Source of the DNA: Psammoneis japonica
Taxonomy: Eukaryota
Length of the DNA stretch: 64,000 nucleotides
Direction of reading: 5' to 3'
Assembly: GCA_008632985.1 (NCBI GenBank)
Contig: QPGO01000021.1
Location: forward strand, 186,001-250,000
Made by a program: the position numbers and the translations under genes. The first letter of the stretch is position 1; each line of letters begins with the position of its first letter. Below the pieces are notes generated by a model. The model ran no database searches. It worked only from the letters and a program-made list of their open reading frames with translations, and had not been told where the DNA came from. Positions 10,395 through 23,685 of the stretch are shown here, piece after piece.

Positions 10395-13300
10395 TCATTC
10401 ATCAAACTCGAATTCGCTGTCGCTGGGTTCATCCAAAGTAGCTCGACGTGGATGAGGAGGCGCCTTTGCCACCGAACTTCTGCGGCGGGGGCGCCTGGCA
10501 ATACTTGGTAGTGCCGAATCGCTCTCGTCGCTGGACGACAATTCAATAATTTCTGTATTCTTGGGCGGCTGCTTCCTTTCTGGAGCCTTCTTTGTAGGTG
10601 CGCTCTTCCTTTTCGTCGCCTTTTTCTTCCTGCCGTCCTTGGATGCAGCACGTTTGCGCTTTGTGGTCGTCGCCGCCTTTGGCTTTTTGGATGACGAGAT
10701 CCAGCCCGTCGACTCGGGAGTCCTTTGCTTGGTTGTAGACTTGGGTGTAGCCTTTGCCTTCTTCTTTCGAAAGGGGAGCCGAACAAAGACTTTAGGATCA
10801 GGAGATGACAGCAATCGATAAGCTGCGGGGCCGAGTTGCAGATACATTGTTGCGAAGCTGCAGAGGGCAACAGGGAAAGTGTGAGACGCATTGAATCATA
10901 TCGAGTATCGAAATCGGGAAGTTGAGACCAAGCGTACCCTTTGCCATTGTAGACAACGTTGGGATGAAAAATATCTTCCAGCATGAGGGCGACAATGATT
11001 CGACTGCATTCTTCGCCGTTGACATCTTGTCCAGGTGGATTCCGTTGAACGCTAAGACAGAGAGTTCGACAGTATAAGAGTTAGAATTCTGACATACCAG
11101 TACCGCACGACAGGCAGCGACCACGCAAGGTTCTTACCATTCTACAGCATTTTCTGGTTTGGTCCTCCACTCCTTGACAAGCATGGGTATGGTTTGGTTT
11201 TCGCCAATGCCAATTTTGTATTGCAGCAACTGCGTCACAGTCTTGGCATGAGCGCCGACATCCCGATTCTCCGTCGTGAGCTCCAATAAGGAATCAAAGT
11301 CTTCACTATCCGGTTCACCCAACGTCTTGAGAATGATCGCTCGACAGACAGCATCGTTCCCCGACGCCTGTGAGTAGCGCACCATGGACCAAAAGGATAG
11401 TTCGCTATTGTCACCGTGAATCATTTCCAACATTCGAGTCACGTCCTTTGTTGAATAGTAAAGAATACAATCGGCGGGTTTGCCATCCCGACCGGCTCTT
11501 CCACTTTCCTGATAGTAGGCTTCCAGCGTCTTGCTAAGACTAAGAAGCAAGTAGAGAACGAAAAAGTGCCACACGTCAGAGTTACATCACGCAGAACAAA
11601 CGTAAAAACACTATCAACAAGACCACAAGCATACCTATGATGCAAGACAAACCGCACATCGGGCTTGTTGATTCCCAATCCAAACGCAATCGTAGCCACA
11701 ACGACTTGAGTCTCGTTGCGCATCCACGAATGATGAATCATCTCCTTGACGCTGTCCTGGACCGAGCTGTGATAGGCCCGGGCGACAATGCCACGGTCAC
11801 ACAGCTTGTCCGCCACCGCGTCAGCCTCTTTGCGTGAAAACGTATAGATAATACCGGCATTGGTGGGATGCTTCTCCTTGATGAATGACGCCATTTCATC
11901 AACAACCTTGTCCTTACCGTCCACCTTGGGAACGACCGAGTAGTGAAGGTTGGGGCGGTTGGCTGATGTTTGAAAACGCAACAAGAAGGATCGTGTAAGT
12001 GACAAGAATGAATCTCAGAAAAATCAACAAGACCTTTTGACTTGACTTACCCGTGCTTCGAAAGAATTGATAGTTGCGTCCAAGCTTCAAAATGTTGCAC
12101 ACATCGTGTCGGACTCGATCCGACGCGGTGGCCGTGACGGCAATGAGGGGAATGCTGGGAAACATGCTCTTGAGAATGCCGAGACGAGTATAGTCTGGCC
12201 TAAAGTCATGACCATCCTGAGAGGCACAATGGCACTCGTCAATGACGAGCCTTCCGAGTCGATTGTCATTGTACAGTTTTTGCAATTCACTCTTGAGTCG
12301 TCCGCTCTTGTACACTTTTTCGGGAGTGACAAAGACGAGACAAATCCCCGAATGACGATCCCGTACCAAATTCCATCGCCTTGCGTGTTCGGAATTGCCT
12401 AGTTTGGACGTAAACTCAACGGCTGATCCGGGTGAAAAGCCATTCATTTGATCGACTTGATCTTGAATGAGCGAAAGGAGTGGCGACACGACCAGCGTCA
12501 CTTTGCGTTCGGGTCCACAGCCTTCCAAGAGTGCCGGCAATTGATAACAGAGCGACTTCCCTCCTCCAGTGCGCATAATGACAAAGGCGTCTCTACCGCT
12601 CATGGTGCAATTGATAATGTCCCGTTGTTGGCCACGAAACGATTGGATGCGAAAAACATTTTGAAGGACTTCCTGAACTTGACCCGACCAGGGATAGTTA
12701 TCTTGAGGTGGCAATGAATGCTGTGTTTCGTCTTGGTGGTCTTGTGGAATCCGAGCGACTGTACAAGCAGTACGGTCATGTCGTTGCTGTTGTTGTGGAG
12801 GTGGAAGAGAATGCAACGAGTCCATGGTAGCAAAACTGCTGCTTCTGGGAGTCGTAGAATCGCTGTTGCTAGGAGTCACGTCGGATTTTGCAGCAGATGA
12901 AGTAAAGTACTGATCCAGCGTTGCGTTCTTTCTACTGCTTTGTCTCTTGTTGGAAGAGCCATGCGTAATTTCCAGTTGACCCATCATTCCGGGTGCGCCG
13001 ATTGATGGAGGCCGGAGGGGTGATGGAACCACGTCTTCGTCATAAAAAGCTTCGATATCCCGTGCTTCATCATCATGTTGTTGTTGCTGCTGTGTTGCTA
13101 CGGGATCCGTCAGGTGTTCATCATCGTTACACGTCATGGCTGGGTCTGTCAAGAACTCGTCTGTATGACTCGTCATGGCCAATCGAGTCGACGGACTGCT
13201 GCTCATGACGACGGGGGATGTTGCTTCGTGCTCGTCCGAACTTACAGCCGCACCAACTTCATCCTCTGGCTGCTGCTGCTGTACAAGAACGTTTTGTTGT

Positions 13301-13479
13301 TCCTTTTGTGCTTCATCAATTTGAGCATCTAGTAATTCCAAATCTCGTTCAATACCCTTGATTTGTCGTTGAATTCCTATTGCTTCTCTCTCCAGAGCAG
13401 CCACCTGTTCAAGTTTTGCGTTGCGGCGTGCAACAAGTGCCGAGACAATGTCGTCGTTGCTGTTGCTCTTTTCGCTCAT
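10395..13479 (-). CDS. recQ: RecQ-family ATP-dependent DNA helicase (RECQL1-like), about 5 exons
   Basis: MRTGGGKSLCYQLP, IDECHC, GHDFRPDY, TATA, ATIAFGLGINKPDVRFV, YYQESGRAGRDG; GT-AG introns near 12050-11963, 11634-11540 and below 11137; basic C-terminal tail. Confidence 0.93.
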
Positions 13480-13664
13480 TCTGCTGCAACTAACAGATCT
13501 TATGGCCTCTATAGAATACGACTCAGTCTATGATGTGACGTGAAGGCAAGTCTACGAATACAAACGAGAGCAACAGCAACCGCAAGGCCGATGATGTGTC
13601 ATTTCCAGTTTTTCTTTCTGCCGGCGACGCACTCCTGAGCGATTTGAATTCCACGCGCGCTTCA

Positions 13665-14767
13665 GGCATTTTTTTACCTGGTGTGGGCAGCAGGTTTTGA
13701 TTAACTCGACTCAAGCGAAGCGAGAGTCAACTCGCAAAAGTAACCCGGATGTTAAAGTGGGGAGAACAAACAACTCTGCACAAGCACCCATCACCAAAGG
13801 CATCTCCTCTCAAAAGGACAAGGAACAACATTTGAAGCAAAGTGCAACATGCAGACAAGGAGCTTGTGCCAAAACAGAGTGTCTGGCCACAGCACCAGTG
13901 GCTGCAACAAAAGGCAAAGCAGCAAGAAGCAAAAAAGATGCACAGAGAGCCAGAGGAAGAGGGGCAAGAGCCGGGGTGCAGAGAGGAGAGTGGTGTGTGC
14001 TGTGCACTGAAGAACTGGGTGGAAGGGGTGAATAAAATGCCAAAAAGGGAAAATTGTGAGACTGTTTTGGGCACCAAAAGCAAGCAGCAGTTGAGAGATG
14101 CTCTGCAGCGTGTTGTGCTGTGACCCAGCAGCAAGAGAGCTGGCTCCTGCCCCCCAGCTGGCCCCAGCCAAGAAGGCCGAAGGTTGTCCGCAGCCAAGCA
14201 GCACCCCACAAAGTGTTTTCAATGCCATTTTGGGGTGTGTGACAGCTGCGCCAGTTGAGATTTGCCTCGCAATTTGGTGCAAAACAAAGTGTGGCGTGCA
14301 GACAAGGAGAGTTTGTGCAGAACCAGTGTGCCCAGCTGCAGCTCTGATGGCTGCAAGAGGCAAAGCAAAAGAAGCCAGGATGGCACCACATGCCAGCTCT
14401 CATAGAGAGCCCTGCTGCATGCTGCATCTTGAAGAAACAGGTGGAAGGGATGAACAAGATGCCAAAGAGAAACTTGTGAGACGGCTTTGGGTGCCAAAAG
14501 CACAAGCAGCTGAGATGCTCTACACAGCACAACCCAGCAAGAGCTCATTGCCACCACAGCAAGCCAGCTGAGAAACTCTGCATGTTGTCCATGACCAAGC
14601 AACACCTTGCAAACTGCAAAGTGTTCTCAGCACCACTTTGGGGTTTGGCCCAGTTGTTGTTGAGAGCTGCCTCACAAAGAACTGCTGCTTGGATGCTTGT
14701 TGCAGATCTGGAAAATCATCTCTTTGCAGCTTTGGCAAGGAGCTCCCCAGCATGATGATCATGAACA

Positions 14768-14801
<34 letters not shown>

Positions 14802-15452
14802 AAAAGCAGTGCTCTGTGTGTTGGAGCAGCAAGAAGCCAGAGCAACAACAAAAAGAAAAGACAAAAAGCACAGACAAGTTCACAGGCATGCAGCATCTGA
14901 GGTGGCCAGAAATGATCTCCGGCACATGCCAAAGCCCAAGGTGAGCAGCAGCAGAAAGCAGAAGCAGGGCAAGGAAACAAAGGCTTGCTTTTGTGAGGAT
15001 GGCATGAGCAAAGTCAAGAAGCCACAGTGCCAAGCTTTTCGGATGAATTGCACAATTTTTGTCAAGAAATCAAAAACAAACAGGAAAATCGGCGAAAGCG
15101 TCATTGAGACATCATGCCGTAAAGTGAGACACCGGCGGCACGCGTCATTGTGGTGCTGCAGTTTGTTGCGTGGTGCCTGCGAAGCACACATGTCCATCGA
15201 TGCATGTCGGCAATCCAAACTGAAAATTGACCCATCACCTTTCTGTCTTTCTTCACAATTGTGGATGTCACTTTGTGGCGTGCATGGGGGAGATTTGCAG
15301 CACACATAGAAGCAGAATGACCCCACAACATCAGCAGCTCTTTATGTGCACTACAAACTTTATAGCGCACATGGGGCTGCTTGCTTAAAGGATGACCGTC
15401 TGCGTCAGCAACGTCGTCATGTACGCTGACCCACACCATTTGACGACCTGCC
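13665..15452. mobile_element. Non-autonomous TIR element, copy 1 of tandem dimer (Merlin-like)
   Basis: Ends GGCA-N10-TGGTGTGGG and CCCACACCA-N10-TGCC; dimer flanked by 8-bp TSD GCGCTTCA (13657-13664, 17252-17259); superfamily inferred from termini only. Confidence 0.8.
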
Positions 15453-15459
15453 TTCGCTG

Positions 15460-17251
15460 GGCATTTTTTCACCTGGTGTGGGCAGCAGGTTTTGATTAAC
15501 TCGACTCGAGCGAAGCGAGAGTCAACTTGCAAAAGCAACCCGGATGTCAAAGTGGGGAGAACAAACAACTCTGCACAAGCACCCATCACCAAAGGCATCT
15601 CCTCTCAAAAGGACAAGGAACAACATTTGAAGCAAAGTGCAACATGCAGACAAGGAGCTTGTGCCAAAACAGAGTGTCTGGCCACAGCACCAGTGGCTGC
15701 AACAAAAGGCAAAGCAGCAAGAAGCAAAAAAGATGCACAGAGAGCCAGAAGAGAAGAGGGGCAAGAGCCGGGGTGCAGAGAGGAGAGTGGTGTGTGCTGT
15801 GCACTGAAGAACTGGGTGGAAGCGGTGAATGAAATGCCAAAAAGGGAAAATTGTGAGACTGTTTTGGGCACCAAAAGCAAGCAGCAGTTGAGAGATGCTC
15901 TGCAGCGTGTTGTGCTGTGACCCAGCAGCAAGAGAGCTGGCTGCTGCCCCCCAGCTGGCCCCAGCCAAGAAGGCCGAAGGTTGTCCGCAGCCAAGCAGCC
16001 CCCCCCCAAAGTGTTTTCAATGCCATTTTGGGGTGTGTGACAGCTGCGCCAGTTGAGATTTGCCTCGCAATTTGGTGCAAAACAAAGTGTGGCGTGCAGA
16101 CAAGGAGAGTTTGTGCAGAACCAGTGTGTCCAGCTACAGCTCTGATGGCTGCAAGAGGCAAAGCAAAAGAAGCCAGGATGGCACCACATGCCAGCTCTCA
16201 CAGAGAGCCCTGCTGCATGCTGCATCTTGAAGAAACAGGTGGAAGGGATGAACAAGATGCCAAAAGAGAAACTTGTGAGACGGCTTTGGGTGCCAAAAGC
16301 ACAAGCAGCTGAGATGCTCTACACAGCACAACCCAGCAAGAGCTCATTGCCACCACAGCAAGCCAGCTGAGAAACTCTGCATGTTGTCCATGACCAAGCA
16401 ACACCTTGCAAGCTGCAAAGTGTTCTCAGCACCACTTTGGGGTTTGGCCCAGTTGTTGTTGAGAGCTGCCTCACAAAGAACTGCTGCTTTGATGCTTGTT
16501 GCAGATCTGGAAAATCATCTCTTTGCAGCTTTGGCAAGGAGCTCCCCAGCATGATGATCATGAACAAAAGCAGCAGCAGCAGCAGCAGCAGCAGCAAAAA
16601 AGCAGTGCTCTGTGTGTTGGAGCAGCAAGAAGCCAGAGCAACAACAAAAAGAAAAGACAAAAAGCACAGACAAGTTCACAGGCATGCAGCATCTGAGGTG
16701 GCCAGAAATGATCTCCAGCACGTGCCAAAGCCCAAGGTGAGCAGCAGCAGAAAGCAGAAGCAGGGCAAGGAAACAAAGGCTTGCTTTTGTGAGGATGGCA
16801 TGAGCAAAGTCAAGAAGCCACAGCGCCAAGCTTTTCGGATGAATTGCACAATTTTTGTTAAGAAATCAAAAACAAACAGGAAAATCGGCGAAAGCGTCAT
16901 TGAGACATCATGCCGTAAAGTGAGACACCGGCGGCACGCATCATTGTGGTGCTGCAGTTTGTTGCGTGGTGCCTGCGAAGCATACATATCCATCGATGTA
17001 TGTCGGTAATCCAAACTGAAAATTGACCCATTACCTTTCTGTCTTTCTTCATAATTGTGGATGTCACTTTATAGCGTACATAGGGGAGATTTGTAGCGTA
17101 CATAGAAGCAGAATGACCCTATAACGTCAGCAGCTCTTTATGTACGCTATAAACTTTATAGCGTACATAGGGCTACTTACTTAAAGGATGACCGTCTGCG
17201 TCAGCAACGTCGTTATGTTGTACGCTAACCCACACCATTTGACGACCTGCC
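15460..17251. mobile_element. Non-autonomous TIR element, copy 2 of tandem dimer (Merlin-like)
   Basis: About 1.79-kb direct repeat of 13665-15452, separated by a 7-nt spacer TTCGCTG. Confidence 0.8.
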
Positions 17252-17482
17252 GCGCTTCACGCGAATTGGAAGGCCGTGTATACTGCGCGCGTAACGCGCG
17301 ATAGCCGTTGACGGTTCCACGTCAGCAGAAATTTGGAATTTCCTACCAACAGAAACAGAAAGCGTATCTTTCGAATTTTTCTGCTGTCTCCTCTATGTTG
17401 GTTGCATCATTCATTCATTTGTATTCTTCTTTTTGGAGAGTTCACGTGTCGAATCTTTCATGGTTCTGACCTTGTACGAACC

Positions 17483-20400
17483 ATGACGAAAATGAATCCC
17501 CTTTCCAAGATTATCAAGCATGATAAGGATGCTGACAGCGATGAATCATCGGATGACAAGGAAAAGCGTTCGATGAATCCCTTTACAAAGCTCATCAAGA
17601 AGGAGAAGGATGAGGACGACTCGGGTGATGATGATGACGAAAAGGAAAAGAATCTTTTTCAAACCATGAATCCCTTTACCAAGCTCAAGAAGCATGAGGA
17701 CGATGACGACGACTCGAATGATGATGACAAGAAGGAGGGAAAAAGTCTCATGAAGAATCCCCTTTCGAAACTAAGTATAAAAAAGGATGCAAAGGATGAG
17801 GACGACTCGGGTGATGACGAAGACGAAAAGGACAAGAATCTTTTTCAAACCATGAATCCATTTACCAAGCTCAAGAAGCATGAAGACGACGACTCCGACT
17901 CGAATGATGGTGACAAGAAGGAGGAAAAACGTCTCATGAAGAATCCTATTTCGAAGTTAAATATCAAAAAGGATGATGAATCCACACCGCTCATCGGCAG
18001 AATGCTGCCCCACCGCAAACCTCGCCACTCGGTTCTAGCCACCATGGAACACAAGGAGGGCAACAAGGCGTGGCGGTCATGGGATGTCAAGATGCCCCCG
18101 GCAAAGAAGACCATGGTGGGTGGCAAGCTCGTTCCCAATCCCGGAGAAGCTCTGACAGGCTTTATGCGTCAGAAACCGAGTCGTGTTGTGATTGAAGTCG
18201 TACAGCTTGAAGGCAGTGATAGCGATTCGGACAATGAAGAAAAGGTGTTGCAAGAGGGTCTTTTGCGAGGCAAGAGCACCACGCATGTCAAGGACGAGGC
18301 CATTGATGAAGATGTCGTCATGACCATGCGTATTCTCAGGCCCTCGGATGAAGTGGAGGAGGACGAAAAAGAGAAGGGAGCCTCCATTGCACTGGACCCA
18401 AAAGACAAAGCACTCAAGCCCGTGACCTTTCCCGGTTGGTGCGATGTGTATCATTTTGATCCCGACGATGTTGAACTCCTCAGTTACTCTGGTATGCACG
18501 CCGTCTTGAAGCTGGGTCGCGGTGCCGAGACCATGGTGCGGCAGCTCAATTTTGCCAGCAAGGAAGAGTGCGATTCCTTTTGTCAAGTTGTTGAGTCGCT
18601 TGGCAAACTCGAGGATGATCGGATGCAACGCAAGATTGAATATTTCTTGGAACAAAACGACGGAACCTACAAGGCGGGAGAAGCTATTAACATTTTGGTG
18701 GAGATTGTTTCCGGAGTGCGATTGCCCATTGCGGACATTACCAGTACGGACGCGTACTGTGTCGTGTATTTGGGACGAAAGGAAATTCACCGGACAAAGT
18801 ATATTTCCAGCACGTGAGTAGCGTTGTTGTTGTGCAGTGAACTGAGAAACTACTAGGACTAGCCTGTGCTGACACGCGTTCTGAATCGCTTTCTGTCTAG
18901 AATCAATCCCATTTGGACCATTGACAACGGCTCGTTGTTTTTGATCCAGACGACTCCCGAAGATTTCTTTGGCAGCAGCAGTGGTCTTACGATATCGGTG
19001 CGTGACTATGATGCCATGGGTAAGAACGATGTTTTGGGTAAAGTTATTGTCGACCAGGACGATTTGATTGAAGGCACGGGAGAGCGCATCGAGCACAAGC
19101 TCATGTTGGATCAAGAGTTCAAGGACGCCAAGGACGCACGTCTGGTGTTGCGCTATCGTCGAGCGACGCCCGATGACATGGACTTTATGGAGCGCTATGC
19201 TGAACTAAAGATGAAGAAGAAGGGCATTGTCATGGGTGCCGTTGGTGCCGTGGCTGCCGTGGCGGAGGACAAACCAATTGTCGGAGCCTACGCGGACGAA
19301 GCCTATGTGGCGCCCAGAGCCTTTCGCGTCAAGCTGCTGCAGCGTGAAACGAAAAAGGACAAGGAAGGGAATAGACTGGTAAGTGCTCTTTACGCTTTGT
19401 ACCGAATGCGCTGTTTCTTGAACATGCATTGATTCTTGTAATGTTGATGCTGGTATTCGCAGTTCCGTGTAAAACCAGAACCCGATCCTAGTAGGCCGGA
19501 AGAAACCAAGTGGTTAACCAACGCTGAAATCGACAAGGAGGCCCAGAAGCCATCTACGAATTGGATGGAGGTTGGTTCCGGAGGCCTTGGAAAGCTTTTC
19601 TTTGAGGTGATTAGCTGTGACGGGCTACCCAACTTGGACGACGGGGTTACCAGCGGAAAGACGGATGCTTTTGTCAGCCTGATTTTTGAAGACGCAATCG
19701 TTAATACAGACGTCATCAATGATACGTTGAAACCCCGTTGGCCTCCTTGGACGCAGCGTGCATTCATCTTTAACGTGCTTCACCCATCGTCTCAGGTGCT
19801 GCTCGGTGTTTTTGATTTTGACGACACGTCCTCGTTGGATGGTCATGATCCCGTTGGAAGGGTTTCCATTGACGTGACCAACCTGCGGCCGTCTACAGAA
19901 TATGTCATGGAATATGACCTTTACACGAGCGCTCTCGTCTCCAAGCGTGAGTCATTCGGCTCTGTAAAGGTTCGCATGCGTGTCGAATGGGAGGATCAGA
20001 GGAAGGCGCTCATGGCGGCGTTCAAGCTTCCTCCAGACATTTATGTCAATGTGCCCACGCATCGAGACTTTCAGTGTGCTCGCTACACTTCTTTTGGAGA
20101 GGTAAGTGAATTCTTCCGTGTCGGCGTTAATTCAGCTTGAGTCAGTATTACCTGATTGTTACTTCCCTTCCCATCTTTAGTGTAACGTGGAGGAGTACGA
20201 CACGGAGGTACTGACGTCGTACATTGAAGAGATTCGACAGTATGAGGCTCTTCAATACATGGTCAGGGACGCGTTGTTCACTGTGCTGTTGTGGCGTGGG
20301 CACTTACCAGTCACATTCTGGGTACCTACTCTCCCTCTTCTTCCGGCCGATCCCGAGAATCCAAAGAGTTTTCTTCGTCGACTCTTCAAACCCAAGAAGC

Positions 20401-21464
20401 TGAAGTTGGCCTTGCATTCCTTGGTGGCATTCCTGCTTGGGATCATGCTGGCAGAGGACTACAACTTCTTTCCATCGTACATTTTGTTTATGATCAGTTG
20501 GTTACTACTTGCAAGCATGGAGTACCAGTACCGCAACCCTTCTCCTTGGGAGAAAAAGAGAAGGCTTGGAGAGATGTGGCAAGTACTCTTGTTTAATCGC
20601 AAGTTCACCGAGTCGATCGAGCCCAATGAACGAAAGGAAGAAGTGGAAAAGTTCCTTGCCGAACGGGACGCACTTATGAAGCGTCGCGAGGAAGAAGCGC
20701 AGAAGAAGCGAGAGCGGGCGGAGAAGGAAGCCTCTGCCTTGGCAGAGGAACAGGCAGCAGAGCAGAAGGCTGAGGAGGAAATGGAAAACAAAACAAAGTT
20801 AGCGATTGGTGCCGCAGTGAAGCCATTCAGTGCTGCAGTGCAACCTCTGAAACCTTTTCTCTATCCTGTCCAGTTGAATTTGGGAAAGGCTGTTGTGGTA
20901 GTGCGAGTGATTCGCAGCATCATCACCTGGGAAGAATGCTACTATGCGTTCTGGGCTACCAATGCTTGCCTTATTCTCGGGATTCTGGCGATGGCAGTTC
21001 CGTGGGACTTTTTGATCCATTGGGCATTTAGGATCGCTGTTTGGGTCTTTTTGGGTCCTTGGATGAAGCTCGTCGACATCTATTTCGTCAAAGGACGTTC
21101 GAGAGAGGAGTTAAAGAAAGAGGAGGAGGAAAAGGTACGTATGAAGTACCAGAAGCTCGTTCAAGCAAGGAGGGGGCGCCAGATCGAAAGAGAAGATGCG
21201 CTGAAGTTGAAGTTCATAAAGCGATACATGTATGGACAGTATCTCTTGTCGGTCCCGAAGTTTAAAGAAAGCAGGTGGGTCGACAGACCACTTTATCCCT
21301 CACATGCGTCACCGCATGTCGGAGGATCGAAGAAAGAACACGTTTCCGCCTATTTCTCTGGCCAGCATCTGACTGGTCATATGATCCCCGTAAGAGAGGT
21401 TGGTGGAAATCCAGACGGCAAGGAAAAAGATGGCGCTAAGAGCAAGTATGGAGCGACCGACTAG
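17483..21464 (+). CDS. Multi-C2-domain membrane protein (MCTP-like), 4 exons
   Basis: C2 motifs (VEIVSGVRLPIADITSTDAYC, EVISCDGLPNLD..KTDAFV, VFDFD); C-terminal TM helices; introns near 18814-18901, 19379-19461 and 20102-20180. Confidence 0.85.
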
Positions 21465-21743
21465 CGTTGCCTCATGTTGTGGAGCTTGGCTCGCACCTGG
21501 CGCGCAGCCGGACTTGGCGTAGTTAGTACTGGCTGAAGGAAGTAGTTGTAGAAATGAAATACCGGTAGGTATCATTGTCCATTAGGATCGATTCGTTGGT
21601 GACTTCTTGGTCCATCCAGATTCACCACGTCTCTCGATCAGTGCTCAGGTGACGGCTGGAGCCACCCCTGAGCTGGGCACGAGTCCGTCCCTCTCCCGTC
21701 ATTCAGGGTCTCACAACGCGCCATCCATGGATATCCCTGCTTA

Positions 21744-21815
21744 TGCAGTGACCCCCCAAAACGAGGGTCACTGCCACCGCGCGTGCAGTGACCCCCCAAA
21801 ACGAGGGTCACTGCA
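21744..21815. repeat. Two tandem copies (40-bp period) of a stem-loop
   Basis: GCAGTGACCC-CCCAAAACGA-GGGTCACTGC occurs twice. Confidence 0.85.
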
Positions 21816-22095
21816 GCTGCGTTAAATTCTACGTGTTTGTACCAGGAAAATGTACCTCCAACCTATCCGGCAGGCGTGAGTAATATTTTATGTACGAGAA
21901 AGAGTTCGTTGGGGCAGGCGAACAACATCACTCTACGATGCGACTGGTACAAAATCTACGTAAATGCACAGACACGCTCTGGAGCATGTCTGTGCAAATT
22001 CGAGCTCGTAAATAATAAGCAGGGATATATAATTAAAAACAACAGGATAGGTAGGGCTACGTAGACTCCGCCGTAGGCTTCAATAATTCGTCCTC

Positions 22096-23667
22096 GTTCA
22101 ATCAGCGTCGGATTAGTTGCCGGCCGGCCCCCCATTTCCAGTATGATTGTACATCGGCTACGGGGACTTCCAGTTTTTGTATGCTAAATTTTACGGGGCG
22201 CAGCTTTTCGAAATTTTTGATATTTCTGAACACGGAACAGCGCAAACCGTAATGACACTCGAGAGTCTAGAGTAGCTACTCCTACTTTCTAGAGTACTAC
22301 TTCTAGAGTGGCTACTACGAGTAGAGAGGAGAGCCATCATACTACTTCTACCGTATTTGTGCCAAGCTATGCCCTCTCACCCGATATGTAGGAACAGTAG
22401 AGAGAGCACAGCACTGCACCGGCAGCAGCTGCCCCACCGCGCAAGACTCTTCGGGCTCTCTACTCTACTGGTAAACTTAGGGACTCTACACAATAGAGAA
22501 AGCCCTCTCTACTGCGGCTAGAGAGTAGCTCTATGTTGTGCATAGAGTAGCTACTACCGGCACCGGTTCATGCAGCAGGTCTCTAGTAGAGTAGAGAGGC
22601 ACGGTGCTCTCTCTCCAGTGGTAGAGACTACTGGCAGGAGATAGAGTAGCGTATGGTAGGAGAACCACAAGAACAAATAATGAGTTGATAAAAAGTCATC
22701 ATCTTAATCTTATTTGGTTTTTTGAGCGCACAGAAGAGAGCGGCAGATCAAGCCAAAATTGACAAGAATAAGAGGAGCAAGACAAAGCAGACATACACCA
22801 TTATGACATGCCTTACGAAGCATTGGCAGCACCGATAACTCTGATAGATGTTGATTTTGAAAGAGTCAACACGGTGCATGGTGCTGTTTTTTTGGACAAC
22901 GATTACATGAGTAACTGACATTCGCGGGGAGAACAGAGTCGCAACATTGGATGGCTTGCCTTGGTTTCCAAGCCTTGTTTTACAATTGTAAAGACACTGC
23001 TGTATCAGATACAGGGATGATGTGATGCACAAGCTTTTGAACGTCGTGGTAATGACTTTCTTGACTTCTGCATGGAGAATCTAATGGGAGACGAGGCGTT
23101 GCGACGCTCCTTGAAAACAGCCCAAGAGAATGGCAGCAAACGGATGACCATTGCGTCACTGAAGTACAAGTGGAAGAACATTGTAAAAAAATTCGTCCAT
23201 GCAAGAGCGAAAGCCTAATACCAAAAATACAGAATGCGAACTGCAGATCGTAGAGCGAAGGGGGGTGCAAAAGCAGCGTTCAGAACGGAACTCATGGTAA
23301 AATCTGAAAAAGCGACAAAAGAGCACGCATCAAAGAAGAGAACGGCAGATCAAGCCAACATTGACAATAACAAGAGGAGCAAGAAAAAGCAGGCATACAC
23401 CATTACGACATACCTTACAACGTATAGGTATGGATAGCATCGATAACACCGATAGATGTTGATTGTTGATTTTTGAAAAGATGCAGTAGGGGTTCCTACT
23501 GTACCTACTGTAACACGGTGCATGGTGCAGATTTGGATCCATGCGTTGAAAAAGCTCCGCCCCGTAAAATTTAGCATACAATAATTCGAAGTCTCCGTAG
23601 AGGCTGTAGGAATATACTGGAAGTGGGAGGCCGGCCGGCAACTACAGTAATCCGACGCTGATTGAAC
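22096..23667. mobile_element. Degenerate non-autonomous TIR element
   Basis: About 110-bp imperfect inverted repeats (GTTCAATCAGCGTCGGATTA..., TGTATGCTAAATTTTACGGGGCG); internal direct repeat about 22735-22880 versus 23335-23530; no clear TSD. Confidence 0.65.
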
Positions 23668-23685
23668 ACGGCCTAGGCCCTATCT

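Noticed and set aside
10395..13479. RecQ, JmjC or the methyltransferases as the mutator enzyme
   Set aside because: Only proximity supports it; JmjC and the methyltransferases carry secretory signals; no deaminase motif recognised in the window
14770..14800. (CAG)n tract as a polyQ gene
   Set aside because: Microsatellite inside a non-coding transposon, possibly derived from (TAG)n
18077..19114. 345-aa minus-strand ORF
   Set aside because: Antisense shadow of the C2-domain gene
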